A stretch of 63,502 nucleotides of DNA, the filler included, from Sphacelaria rigidula (lineage: Eukaryota): assembly GCA_964200075.2 (NCBI GenBank). It is 4 parts of 4 records of this genome, joined end to end, with 100 filler letters (N's around TTAATTAATTAA, not from the genome) between each part and the next. Parts side by side here need not be neighbours in the genome. Positions count along the whole stretch, not along the records: positions 1 to 15,803 come from CAXNAA020001585.1; positions 15,904 to 31,704 come from CAXNAA020001586.1; 2 more parts are not named here. One strand, written 5' to 3'. Under the pieces are notes generated by a model that saw nothing but the letters and a program-made list of their open reading frames with translations, did not search any database and had not been told where the DNA came from. Position numbers and translations under genes: made by a program. Numbering within the stretch: position 1 is the stretch's first letter; each line of letters begins with the position of its first letter. Shown piece after piece: positions 11,124 to 21,444 of the stretch.

Positions 11124-13817
11124 ATGGCTCTGCGTTGTGGCATCACCACCGCCATCGCCACCAAGATGAAGTCGACATGGCGATCGTCGAGCGCACCTCG
11201 CAGTGCTATTGCGGCAAGCCTGTCGCACGACAGCGCGTCTTCGACTACCAAATATCCAGATAAACGGTCATTTGCTTGGAGCAAGGAAGATCGAATTGCC
11301 GCGGTGAGCACTGACTGTGATGGCGGTGGGGATAAATACCAGCCCGAAGAACGGAGGAGAGGGTCGGAAGGACAGCAACGGTATCCCTCTCCCAACGTTC
11401 GGAATCTCCGGCACTTCTATATGGGCCGATTGAAGAAGGCGGGAATGGATCGTGATTGGCCTGAGGCGAGGCGAGTCCTGAAGGAAGTGCTTGCGCGCGA
11501 CGATTCGCGTGAGGTTGTGGACGTTTTCATGTATAACGCCTCCGTGAACGTTGCTGCGAGACGCGGCAAGTGGAGAGCAGCTATTTCACTGATGGAACGC
11601 ATGAAGAACGAGGGAGTACCACCCAACGTGGTGACGTACAACTCGGCCATCAAAGCTTGCTGGGACGGTGGTCAGTGGGAGCCGGCTTTGAAGTTTTTGC
11701 GTGAGATGCAGGCGGAGGGCGTCGCCCCAGATGTGGTGACTTACAGCTCGGCTATCAAGGCGTGCGGTGACGGTGGTCAGTGGGCCCGGTCTTTGTCACT
11801 TTTGCGAGAGATGCAAGCCGAAGGTGTTACGCCAAACGTGATGACATACAGCTCGGCTATCAAGGCATGCGGGGACGGTGGCCAATGGAGGACGGTTTTG
11901 TCGCTTCTGCGGGAAATGAGAGCAAAGGGCGTCGACCCAAACGTTGTGACGTACAGCTCCGCTATCAAGGCGTGCGGGGATAGTGGTAGGTGGAAGCCAG
12001 CTTCATCACTCATGCAAGAAATGCAGGTTGAGGGTATCACCCCAGATGTGGTGACATACAGCTGTATCATCAAAGTGTGTGGGGACAAAGGGAAGTGGGA
12101 ACCGGCTTTGAAATATCTACGAGAGATGCAAGCAAAGCGCATCGCTCCGAATCGGGTGACGTATAACTCGGCCATCAAGGCGTGCGGGGATTGTGGTCAG
12201 TGGAAACCAGCTTTGTCGCTTTTGCGAGAGATGCAGGGAGATGGTATTGCGCCCGATGTTGTGACATACAACTCGGCTATCAAGGCGTGCGGCGACAGCG
12301 GGCAATGGGAAGCGGCTTTGTCGCTGTTGCGAGAGATGCAGAAGGAGCGTGTCAAACCAGATGTTGTGACGTACAACTCGACCATTAAGGCATGCGGAGA
12401 CCAATGGGAGCCAGCATTGTTGCTTTTGCGGGAGATGAAACAGTCAGGTATCGCTCCGGATGTGGTCACCTACAGTTCAGGCATCAAAGCGTGCGGGGAC
12501 GCTGGCCAATGGAAGTCAGCGCTGTCGCTGTGGCGGGAAATGAAGGCGGAGAGAATATTTCCGAATTTGGTGACGTACAACTCGATCGTCAAGGTATACG
12601 GAGACAGTGGGCAGTGGGAGCCGGCCCTCTCTCTTTTACGGGAGATGAAGAGGGATGGTGTCACCCCAGATGTGATAACATATAACTCCACGATCAAGGC
12701 CTGTGGGGACTGCGGTCAGTGGGAGACGGCGTTGTCCCTGTTGCAGGAGATGCGGGTGGAGGGCGTCAGCCCCAATGTTGTTACTTACAACTCGGCTATC
12801 AAGGCGTGTGGTGACGGGGTCCAGTCCGAGCTGGCTTTGTCGCTCTTGCGAGAGATGGAGACGGAGGGTAGTGTATCCCCGAATGTGGTTTCGTACAACT
12901 CGGTCATCACAGCCTGCGGAGATGGTGGTCAGTGGGAACAAGCTCTGTCAATTTTGGGGGAGATGCAAACAAAAATGGGTATCACCCCAGATGTGGTAAC
13001 ATACAACTCTACTATCAAAGCGTGCGGGGATAGCGGGCGGTGGGACTCGGCGTTGTCGCTTTTGCACGCAATGAAGACTAAAGGGATTGCACCAGACGTC
13101 GTTACGTATAACTCTGCTATCAAAGCGTGCGGGGGCGGTGGGCAGTGGGAGTCGGCTGTGTCACTATTGCGGGAGATGCAGACGGAGGGTGTCATGCCTG
13201 ATGTGGTGACGTATGTATCGGCCATTACCGCGTGCGGCGACAGCGGTCAGCCGGAGTCGGCTGTGTCGCTGTTGCGAGAGATGCAGAGAAAGGGTATTTC
13301 CCCAAATGTGGTGGCATACAACTCGGCCATCACGGCATGTGGGGACAGTGGTCAATGGGAACAAGCTTTGTCGCTTGTGCAAGAGTTGCGGGCGGAGGGT
13401 ATCAGGCCAGATGTTGTGACTTACAACTCGGCCATCAAGGCGTGCGGCGATGGGGGTCGGTGCGAGCTGGCTCTCTCGCTTTTGCGGGAGATACAGACAG
13501 AAGGCATCGTTACCCCGGATGTGGTGACGTACAATTCGGCTATCAAGGCGTGTGGGGACCTTGGCTGGTGGAAGGAGGCTTTGTCGCTCTTACGAGAGAT
13601 GCAGAACGCGAATACCGTGATCCCTGACGCGATAAGCTATAACTTTGCTATCGCGGCATGCGGTAATGGTGGCAAACCCCAGGAGGCCATCGCTGTTTTG
13701 AGAGGTATGCGCAACGAAGGTGTGGCTGCTCCGAACGCCCACACCTACTGCGCTGCTATCTATGCATTACACCGTGGTGCACAATATTCGAGAAGATCTG
13801 CTGAAAGAGCCTCATAG
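11124..13817 (+). CDS. P-class pentatricopeptide repeat (PPR) protein, 897 aa, 21 full repeats plus a partial one; probably organelle-targeted
   Basis: Tandem ~35-aa motifs VVTYNSAIKACGDxGQWExALSLLREMQxEGIxPD. An in-frame stop at 11118-11120 lies just before the ATG. The N-terminus is rich in S/T/A/R/K and lacks acidic residues over the first ~35 aa (transit-peptide-like). No E/DYW or SMR domain; the ORF is uninterrupted. Confidence 0.95.
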   Translation: MALRCGITTAIATKMKSTWRSSSAPRSAIAASLSHDSASSTTKYPDKRSFAWSKEDRIAAVSTDCDGGGDKYQPEERRRGSEGQQRYPSPNVRNLRHFYMGRLKKAGMDRDWPEARRVLKEVLARDDSREVVDVFMYNASVNVAARRGKWRAAISLMERMKNEGVPPNVVTYNSAIKACWDGGQWEPALKFLREMQAEGVAPDVVTYSSAIKACGDGGQWARSLSLLREMQAEGVTPNVMTYSSAIKACGDGGQWRTVLSLLREMRAKGVDPNVVTYSSAIKACGDSGRWKPASSLMQEMQVEGITPDVVTYSCIIKVCGDKGKWEPALKYLREMQAKRIAPNRVTYNSAIKACGDCGQWKPALSLLREMQGDGIAPDVVTYNSAIKACGDSGQWEAALSLLREMQKERVKPDVVTYNSTIKACGDQWEPALLLLREMKQSGIAPDVVTYSSGIKACGDAGQWKSALSLWREMKAERIFPNLVTYNSIVKVYGDSGQWEPALSLLREMKRDGVTPDVITYNSTIKACGDCGQWETALSLLQEMRVEGVSPNVVTYNSAIKACGDGVQSELALSLLREMETEGSVSPNVVSYNSVITACGDGGQWEQALSILGEMQTKMGITPDVVTYNSTIKACGDSGRWDSALSLLHAMKTKGIAPDVVTYNSAIKACGGGGQWESAVSLLREMQTEGVMPDVVTYVSAITACGDSGQPESAVSLLREMQRKGISPNVVAYNSAITACGDSGQWEQALSLVQELRAEGIRPDVVTYNSAIKACGDGGRCELALSLLREIQTEGIVTPDVVTYNSAIKACGDLGWWKEALSLLREMQNANTVIPDAISYNFAIAACGNGGKPQEAIAVLRGMRNEGVAAPNAHTYCAAIYALHRGAQYSRRSAERAS

Positions 13818-14623
13818 GTGTGTGTTTCACCGTCGAGATTGAAGCACCAAGGTTAGGCTATTCCGTGTGGTGGGTTCTGCCTGGTGATGAAGATTGAAGA
13901 TTGGACCGTGTGCTGACGGCGTGTGCGAGTACGTAAAGTTATGGTAAAATAGTCGTGCCGGCAATACAACCGTAGTATGACAAGATATCGATTCGGCGAA
14001 ATTATCATGCATTATTCTCGCCTGCATGGGTGCAAGATGATGGATGCAAGACTGGACTCATGTAAATAGACGTACGGTGAATTCGACGCCGTGGCTGGGG
14101 TGGGGCGGCGGGTGTTGACGTACGTACGGTACTGGGCGCCTGAACTGTTAATTTAGTAATTTCTTCGTAATTGACGATTTTCCTAGGATCTTTCGCTTGC
14201 CACCACTCATCACAGTGGGCATCTCAAGATAAGTGTATCTGCTCCACCTTCCAAGAAAAAAACCCATCTGTACTCAATATTGAGTGACTTACGGGCTGGC
14301 CGGTCATCGGGGGTCCTGACACGTTTCAGACCAGATTCTGACTCTTCGGTATTTTCGGTCGATCGAGCCCGTCCCGATCGTATTTGTGAAGAAATGTACA
14401 ATTTTTTCGTTTCAAATTCTACCCACTCATTGCACTCGAGCCGCAAAACTGTGTTTCACTGTCAAACACACCCTCCTGGTGAACGGGATATTGACTCGTA
14501 TCGCCCGATAAAACCAACTAACACTAACTTGGGCAGTGGTGGGGGGAGACGACCTGTTAATATTATAGATTGCTCTGCTTCGCAATCGCGCTTCCAATTT
14601 TCTATTTTCCTTTTCCTTTGTTA

Positions 14624-15395
14624 GGCTACTTCTTATGTATCGAAAAATAAAACTTGTTGAAAAGTGCATTTTTGGCCCTTCTCCGTCGTTTCCCCCCCGA
14701 AACGAGGGTTAAGCAGCTGTTGACACCTTGGGATGACTTGCTCTACTCGCTAAGACGGTTCCAGAGCACTTTTGCGTTTCCCGTAAGTCATGGTTTCGTT
14801 TTTGGCCAAGCTTGCATTTTCAGTAACAGACGGTCAAGTTACTAAAAAAATGTCAGTTTCCCCCCTGTTTTCAGATGACTTGACCGTTTGTTATTGAAAA
14901 TGCAAGCTTGGCCAAAAGCGAAACCATGACCTACGGGAAACGCAAAGAGCAACGTTTTCGTGAGATTGAGAGTCGAGCGCTGATTAAGAGTGGCTTTGAT
15001 CATTCGCTTTAACTTAACCAATTTTCATTCCGTGTGTGCTTTTCTTTGCCTCCACCACTGGAGTGTGCTTACAGCTACACGTCAATATCCCACTCAAGGA
15101 TATCAAGGGCCTCAGCGACGAGCTACTACAGAAGCATATCGGGCCTCGTGAAGGGTCATCTCGGAACTGAAATTATTCATTCTCTAGTTGACTGTCTTTC
15201 ACTCTCAATCGCATAATCTACTCTCAATCTCACGAGAAAGTTGTTAAAGGTGCTCTGGAACCGTCTCAGCGAGTAAAGCAAGTCATCCCAACGTGTCAAT
15301 AGCCGCGTAGCCCTCGTTTCGGGGGGAAAACGACGGAGGAGGGCCAAAAATGCACTTTTCAACAAGTTTTACTTTTTGATACATGAGAAGTAGCC
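14624..15395. mobile_element. PIF/Harbinger-type foldback element with a nested MITE in its right arm
   Basis: GGCTACTTCT...AGAAGTAGCC termini, TTA TSD at 14621-14623 and 15396-15398, ~220-bp inverted arms. The right arm is split by the insertion at 14948-15245. Confidence 0.85.
14948..15245. mobile_element. AACAA-ended MITE nested in the foldback element
   Basis: Homologous to 8996-9294 and flanked by AAAG at 14944-14947 and 15246-15249. Removing it restores the host arm symmetry. Confidence 0.8.
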
Positions 15396-15398
15396 TTA

Positions 15399-15803
15399 GG
15401 CTACTCGTTATACTTGTTATGTATCGAAAAAGTTTAATTTGTTGAAATATGTTTTTTGCCTCTTCTCCGTCGTTTTTGCCCCTTCTCCGTCGTTTTTGCC
15501 CCGAGAAGAGGGCTCAGCGGATGTTGACACCTCAGACCGTTCCAGAACATCTTTGCGTTTTCCGTAGGTCACAGTGTAGTGGGTGAAAGGACCGCGTACT
15601 TAGAGGACCGCACCGTAGCTCGAAACACCTCAGTATTGACGTTTTCCAAAACCAATCGGGTCAGTCCCTGCAGGTACCACGACCCTGACCCCAACACTAA
15701 CCCTAACCCCAACCATAGGGATGTTCAACTTCCGACGCGGTCCTCCAAGCACGCGGTCCTCTCACGCATTACAACAGTTTCGTTATTAGAAAAAAATTAG
15801 ACA
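15399..15803. mobile_element. Second foldback copy abutting the first (shares the TTA), cut off by the contig end
   Basis: Starts GGCTACT directly after TTA 15396-15398 and repeats the arm sequence; interrupted at 15575-15773. Confidence 0.7.
15575..15773. mobile_element. ~200-bp TGT...ACA TIR element with 4-bp TSD (Ginger-like signature)
   Basis: TGTAGTGGGTGAAAGGACCGCGTACTTAGAGGACCGC / GCGGTCCTCCAAGCACGCGGTCCTCTCACGCATTACA, with ACAG duplicated at 15571-15574 and 15774-15777. The same terminus (tgtaatgcgtgagagga) appears at ~31430. Confidence 0.7.
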
Positions 15804-15903
15804 NNNNNNNNNNNNNNNNNNNNNNNNNNNNNNNNNNNNNNNNNNNNTTAATTAATTAANNNNNNNNNNNNNNNNNNNNNNNNNNNNNNNNNNNNNNNNN
15901 NNN
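15804..15903. other. Artificial contig spacer (44 N + TTAATTAATTAA + 44 N)
   Basis: Identical to 31705-31804 and 47604-47703; the 12-mer has stops in all six frames. Confidence 0.97.
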
Positions 15904-16753
15904 AAAAAGTCGTTCCGGTATCTGCGCAGTGCTGTACTGGGCATCTGACTCGGACGTCTTCCGTGGTCACAGGCTACCACCCCATGCGAGAATAAAAGGG
16001 AAATCAGGGAATAAAATATTGACCTATAATATTGACCTATATTATATGGTACATAATATATGAAATATAGTATATGAAACATAATATATTATATGTAATA
16101 TATGAAATATAGTATTATATGATATATATAATGAGAATAATAATATAATATATGATTAATAATCTTCGACATATAATATATCATATATAATGTATAAGGA
16201 TCTCTACTATCTACGGCAGCTGACCGCATCCGCCAACGCCTCGGCGAAAAACCAGGGGACACACGGCTGGGTGTCCCCCCCCCCCTCAAGAACACGATTT
16301 TTTTATTTTGGGGCCCACGTGTCCCAAAATATATTTTTGACAGACCCTTGGATCAGCTGTTATTTCACAGACAACACGTTTGTAGTACCCCGTATTGCAG
16401 CCATACTGCAGCTAATCAAGCCTGGAGCTCTGGAGGCGATCACTCTAGGCACTGGGGTGCAATACAGCGGTACAGAGGTATGCACTACCGCAGGTAGGTG
16501 CGGACCAGCTAACACACTGTCCAACTGATCGGTCAACCAGCGTGCGCACCTTGTTCGCCGACAGTGGTCATCTTCCAGTCATGTACACTGTAGTGTATGA
16601 ATTATTGAACAATCCCTGTAGTCCTGTACCGTAATCTGTCGGGGGGGGGGGGGGGGGGGGGGGGGGCAGGGGGGGCGCCCCCTCCGGGCGGGGGGGGGGG
16701 GGGGTGGGGCACATTCTTCTTTCCCCCCGGCCGCNNNNNNNNNNTCGTGGTGT

Positions 16754-16785
<32 letters not shown>

Positions 16786-18331
16786 GGGGGGTTTGGGGGG
16801 GGTAGACAGTGGGGAGCATCCTTGCGTCGAGGGGCTGATGGGTCTGGGTCCAATTTCTTATTCCCCAAGGCTGCAGTGTCGATAACAGTTTTCTTCTCCG
16901 CCGAGCTTCTTGCATCTTTCAATTTCTCATCCTGATTTTGGCTTCGATCTGAGCAAAAACTCTCAGTATTGATTTCTTGAAATCTGAAAGTTTTGAGCCT
17001 CGGTTTCTCAACCGGTTATTTCTCAAGTGCTGTCGCCACCTGTACACACAACACACTGTGCGAGGTCTTTTAACACCGTGCTTGTACCGACTGTAGAAAT
17101 CCTTGTCCAGGGCTTGGTGCGTTTCCTCATTTAATGCAGGGTCTGGCACATGTCCACATGTACGTGATGTTACTCGGTGAGATCGTGAAAAACTCCACAA
17201 CATGGGGCGAACTGCTGGTGAGGCAATCGCCGGATTTTTCATCTGCAAATTCTGCCCCAGTGCACTGTAGGTTGATATCGCTAGGACACCACCCATAACA
17301 ACGTTGCCCGCTGCCGGATTGTCAGGACGTCAGATCCGCTAGCATTGCTACTGTCTGTACGGGGATGTTGCCCCTCGTCGGGTACGTGGGCAAGGGTCCG
17401 TGGCAGAACGCAGTGTCGGACAGTTGCACGCTGGGCGTGCTCACCAAGGGCTTCGATTTGGAGGACGGTACTTGGTAGGCAGAAGCAACTGCTGTGTGTC
17501 CAGGTGCCCCTCGGAGCAAGATGTGCTCGGTTTCTGTTCGACAAAAGTTTTCCCCGAAAAAACGGAATCGATAGGGGTTCAAGAGTGGGACATGTTTTTT
17601 AAAAAAGTCGCAGAGACCGAGTCGCGAAAATCAAGTCGCAAAAATCGAGTCGCAAAAATCGAGTCGCAAAAAGTCGGTCAGTCGAATTTTTACGCGGAAC
17701 AGAAACCAAATCCACTTCGTGAAATTGGAATCGATACACGCAGCAAGCAGAACAAATCGAGTGAGGGATCACTCAGTACCATAATACGAATACGTTGTGC
17801 AGGGCATGCCTGCAGCACACTGCCGCGAGTATAGCCCTTACACGAATTGTACCGAAGATCAAGTAAACATATTTTTTGCCCAATGTACAAAACGTGAAAC
17901 ATCTGAACTAAGACAATTGACACCGCCGGCCCATAGTATGAAACTGCCGACAAACGCAGTGATAACGCTGGGGGGGAAGAACAACAGAACATAGATACGA
18001 TCTAAAGCTGCAAGCATTGTACAACACAATACAATACTTCATGTCAGCGATAACACAAAAAACAGCGTGTTCGTGTTGAAACAGATCGTCACCTTTTCAT
18101 CATATCCTAAAACTCACGCACTAGTTTGCTGCAGTTATGACCTGAAAAATGTACCACTCTGCCAAAGCACCCAGAACAAAGGTTTAAGCCTCTACTCCTG
18201 GGAGCAATATGCCGTGTTGAAATTTTCAACACGATCGCATCCGGCCAAGGTACAGAGATTCGCCAAATGTCCATGATGGAGTGGAGAAAAAGGCATCGAC
18301 TTCGTTAAACGGCAATTTTTCAAGAGATTGT

Positions 18332-19570
18332 TGTAGCGTTACCGGGTTTCGTTGGATCGATGACCCAGACACGACACGCTGTTAGTATGAGTAAGTGCTT
18401 TCATCTTTATTCCGGAGGATTCGGCTGTATAGTCCGTCATTTACACCAAATTTATACTAGAAAATGGTCCAGAACATGAGAAAAACGAACCATCTGATCT
18501 ACCACGAATATGCTGTTGAACCCCGTCAAGGATAGGCTCAGGTGAGAAACGCTGAGGCCAAGATGCGGCAGGCGATATCACACGGAATCACGCACGCCAG
18601 CTCAACAAATTCAACAACATACCACACACTTACCCCCAGCAATGAGATGAAGGACTCTTGTCAAAAATACAAGTAAAAAAAAACGGAAAATGGACACGTT
18701 GAAACACTAGTGGTTTTGACGAGACATTCCGGAATCACCGACGCCAATGAATCAAAGTAAGAATCAAGGTCCACTTCGCAACTTACGAGAGGAGACCGAT
18801 TACGACAGTATCTACACATCATCACTCCTCCAGCTCGACTGTGCGGCTACACTGCCCACACCATGGTGCCACTGACCACAAGAAACGGAAATCTACACCC
18901 ACACGGACAAAAATGTACAAAGCAAACTGTAGGTGGGGCTACTCCAGTCCAGGTGCAACGTGCGCGCTCATCACCACACACCACGGCACTGCTTGGTGGC
19001 AGAGACGTCCATCGTCAACCCCACAGATGCTGCCTGATCGCAGTCGGGTAAGAGGAAAAACGTGCAAGGGTCATCACGGAATAAATCAACGCACGAATCG
19101 GACAAGGCGCAAGACAGACATGAGCTCAAGGGCAACCAACCAGAATAAATCAGATCACACAAGATAAACCCACAGTGTACGGTAAACGACGGGGCAGGGA
19201 CGCCACGCCTGAACCACGTGTGGGACGATCGATCCATTTGATAGTGTATAGTCCACGCATTACTTCGTGTGCCGGGTCGTCGAGGTCGAGGACTGGTAGT
19301 TTTGTTCCGAGAGTATATGTCACATCGAGCACATCGACATCGGGCCGAACACATGCATCAACGTCTGGACATGCCTCCCTTTGTTTTTTCTTGAGGGAAG
19401 GAGGAACCTCACCCAACACTTACCCCGTAGGCGGCGTAGTGTGCCGACTACCCGGAGGCTCGGTTAGACCGTCTCGCCGTGGTCATGTGGAGTAGGCGCC
19501 TCGAGCGTTCGGAAATATTTGCTCAAGGCAGTATGTGGGTCAACCCACTAAAACACTCCGTCAACTTGGC
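18332..19570 (-). mobile_element. Putative 3' end of an LTR retrotransposon (LTR ~18332-18628 preceded by a PPT-like tract)
   Basis: On the minus strand, CTGGGGGTAAG is followed by TGTG...CTACA (~297 bp). Upstream lie a T-rich 3'UTR-like region and a short ORF remnant (19150-19419). No second LTR or catalytic motif seen. Confidence 0.3.
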
Positions 19571-19584
19571 GCAGTACACGCCAA

Positions 19585-20309
19585 TTTCGGGTGAGGTGGT
19601 ACATGAAGCGGAATGTCTCCTCGTCGCCGGCGACCGTACACGTCGCTGCCGCGCCCCTCTGGATGCACGTAGGTGACTGCCTGGCGAAGGCAACTGTGAA
19701 GTAAGATTGGGGGGCAGGGATAGAGCACATCCCACAAGCACTGGGTGTGGACGGGAGGAAGGCATCGCAGGCCATTAACTTGTTGCCTTCGCCATGCGGT
19801 ACAAAAGATGGCAGCCGCTTACGTGTACTCAGAGGGGCGCGACGTGTACTCAGAGGGGCGCGCCGACATGTACGGTCGCCGGCGACGCGGAGACGTTCCG
19901 CTTCATGTACCACCTCACCCGAAATAGTCCCGGCCAATATTGCTCGCCAGGACTTTTTCGGGTGAGGTGGTACGTGAAGCGGAATGTCTCCTCGTCGCCG
20001 GCGACCGTACGTGTTGGCGCCGCGCCCCTCCAAGTATACAGATGTCGCTGCCATTTTTCGTACCGCATGGCGAAGGCAACTATGAAGTAATATTGGGGGG
20101 TCGGGATCGAGCACATCCCAGAAGCACTCGGTTTGGACGGGAGAAAAGCATCCGGGGCTAGCAAAGTAATAGCCTTCGCCATGCGGTACAAAAGATGGCA
20201 GTCACCTACATATATTCAGAGGGACGCGGCAGCGACATATACGGTTGCCGGCGACGCGGAGACGTTCCGCTTCATGTACCACCTCACCCGAAATAGTCCC
20301 GGCGAGCAA
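19585..20309. mobile_element. Two tandem copies of a ~370-bp long-TIR MITE (TA-flanked, Tc1/mariner-like)
   Basis: The complete copy 19940-20309, TTGCTCGCC...GGCGAGCAA, has ~130-bp TIRs between TA dinucleotides. A left-truncated copy at 19585-19937 has the same TIR and core. Confidence 0.8.
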
Positions 20310-20689
20310 TATAATAATATGATATACAATACTATACAATACTATACTATACTATACTATACTATGCTATAATTAATTATACATGAATAATATAATAAAT
20401 CATAATGTCATAATCAATCAAATAAGTGTTTGCCTGAGGATGGAATGTGAATGTTGGGATGGAAAACTGATTTTTATGTTGTGGACAAGGGGAAAACAAC
20501 ATGCCATCCATTGCGCGATATCTTTGACGCCCGCCTATTGTCTACACAAATAGCATACGAGGTATGTCAGACTTTTTCCACTGAGGTGAAGTTTTGACGC
20601 GATGAGCAACGCCCAGGCGCACCTTCATCCCCGGCAGTGTTTTCACAAAACACTTAGCGCAAAAACGGTAGATAGTATCGGATCAGAAT

Positions 20690-20980
20690 CGGCACGTGCT
20701 TCTCGTAACGAGTGGGGGGTGGGAGGTAGCTAGCGGGTGGCGTGAAATCTTTTTTTTAACCCGTGTGTACTTTTGGTTGTCTCGATCACTGGCGTATGCT
20801 TACAGCTCCACATCAATACCCTACTCGGGGATATCAACAGCCTCAGCTGCAAGCTACTGTAGAAGGCATGTTGGGCTTCGTGGAGGGGCATTTCGGATCT
20901 GAAACGATGTTCATTCCTTAAGTGACCGCTTGTCACTCTCAAGCGTATCCTCTACGCTTTATCTCACGAAAATATTGTTC
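20690..20980. mobile_element. Degenerate copy of the AACAA-ended MITE
   Basis: ctggcgtatgcttacagctccacatcaataccctactcggggatatc...ctcacgaaaatattgtt matches 14948-15245. Confidence 0.6.
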
Positions 20981-21444
20981 CATGTAATTGGCGTTTATTC
21001 TTGCACATCGCTAGTACAATGCGTGGATAACGACGACAACCTTCCCCATTTCAATCTTCATTTGATTTGTGCATCTGGCTCGTGATACGTGACTCAAGGC
21101 TCCACTGCCTTTTTCAGGCATGCGCAGCATGCATGTGAGGAGATTTGAGGAATGTCCATCGCTCTTTTCCTCGTAATCCGTCTGCAAATCGGGCATCCGG
21201 ATATCCGGATATCCGCCACTTTTTTCAATCCGCGGATTGATCCGGATAAGACTGCCCGAAATCCGAAATCCGCTCCGTTTGAAAAATTTAAACGGAGCGC
21301 TACTCTACTTTTTATTGAGGCCCATGGTCGAGACGGAGGGGGGTAATGGCGAGGAATCGTGGTTTGAAACGGGCAAGACGGATGCGTCAGGGCGCCGTGG
21401 TGTTCCCCCCCGGCTAGAGTGTGATTCCTTGGGAAACTAGGTAC

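Noticed and set aside
11417..13627. Many antisense and alternative-frame ORFs within the PPR gene
   Set aside because: They are shadows of the repetitive PPR codon pattern.
15690..15716. Telomere-like aaccctaacccc near a contig end
   Set aside because: Only a few imperfect units, lying inside a TIR element.
15848..15859. TTAATTAATTAA recurring every ~15.9 kb as a biological periodic signal
   Set aside because: It is always centred in exactly 44+44 Ns, so it is an artificial spacer.
16919..17582. Possible transposase or LINE C-terminal fragment on the minus strand
   Set aside because: The text is protein-like but has no diagnostic motif, so it cannot be assigned without a search.
19568..20310. 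Repeat-spacer pattern resembling a CRISPR array
   Set aside because: The repeats are long and inverted, the inner segments are homologous rather than unique, there are no cas genes, and the context is eukaryotic.
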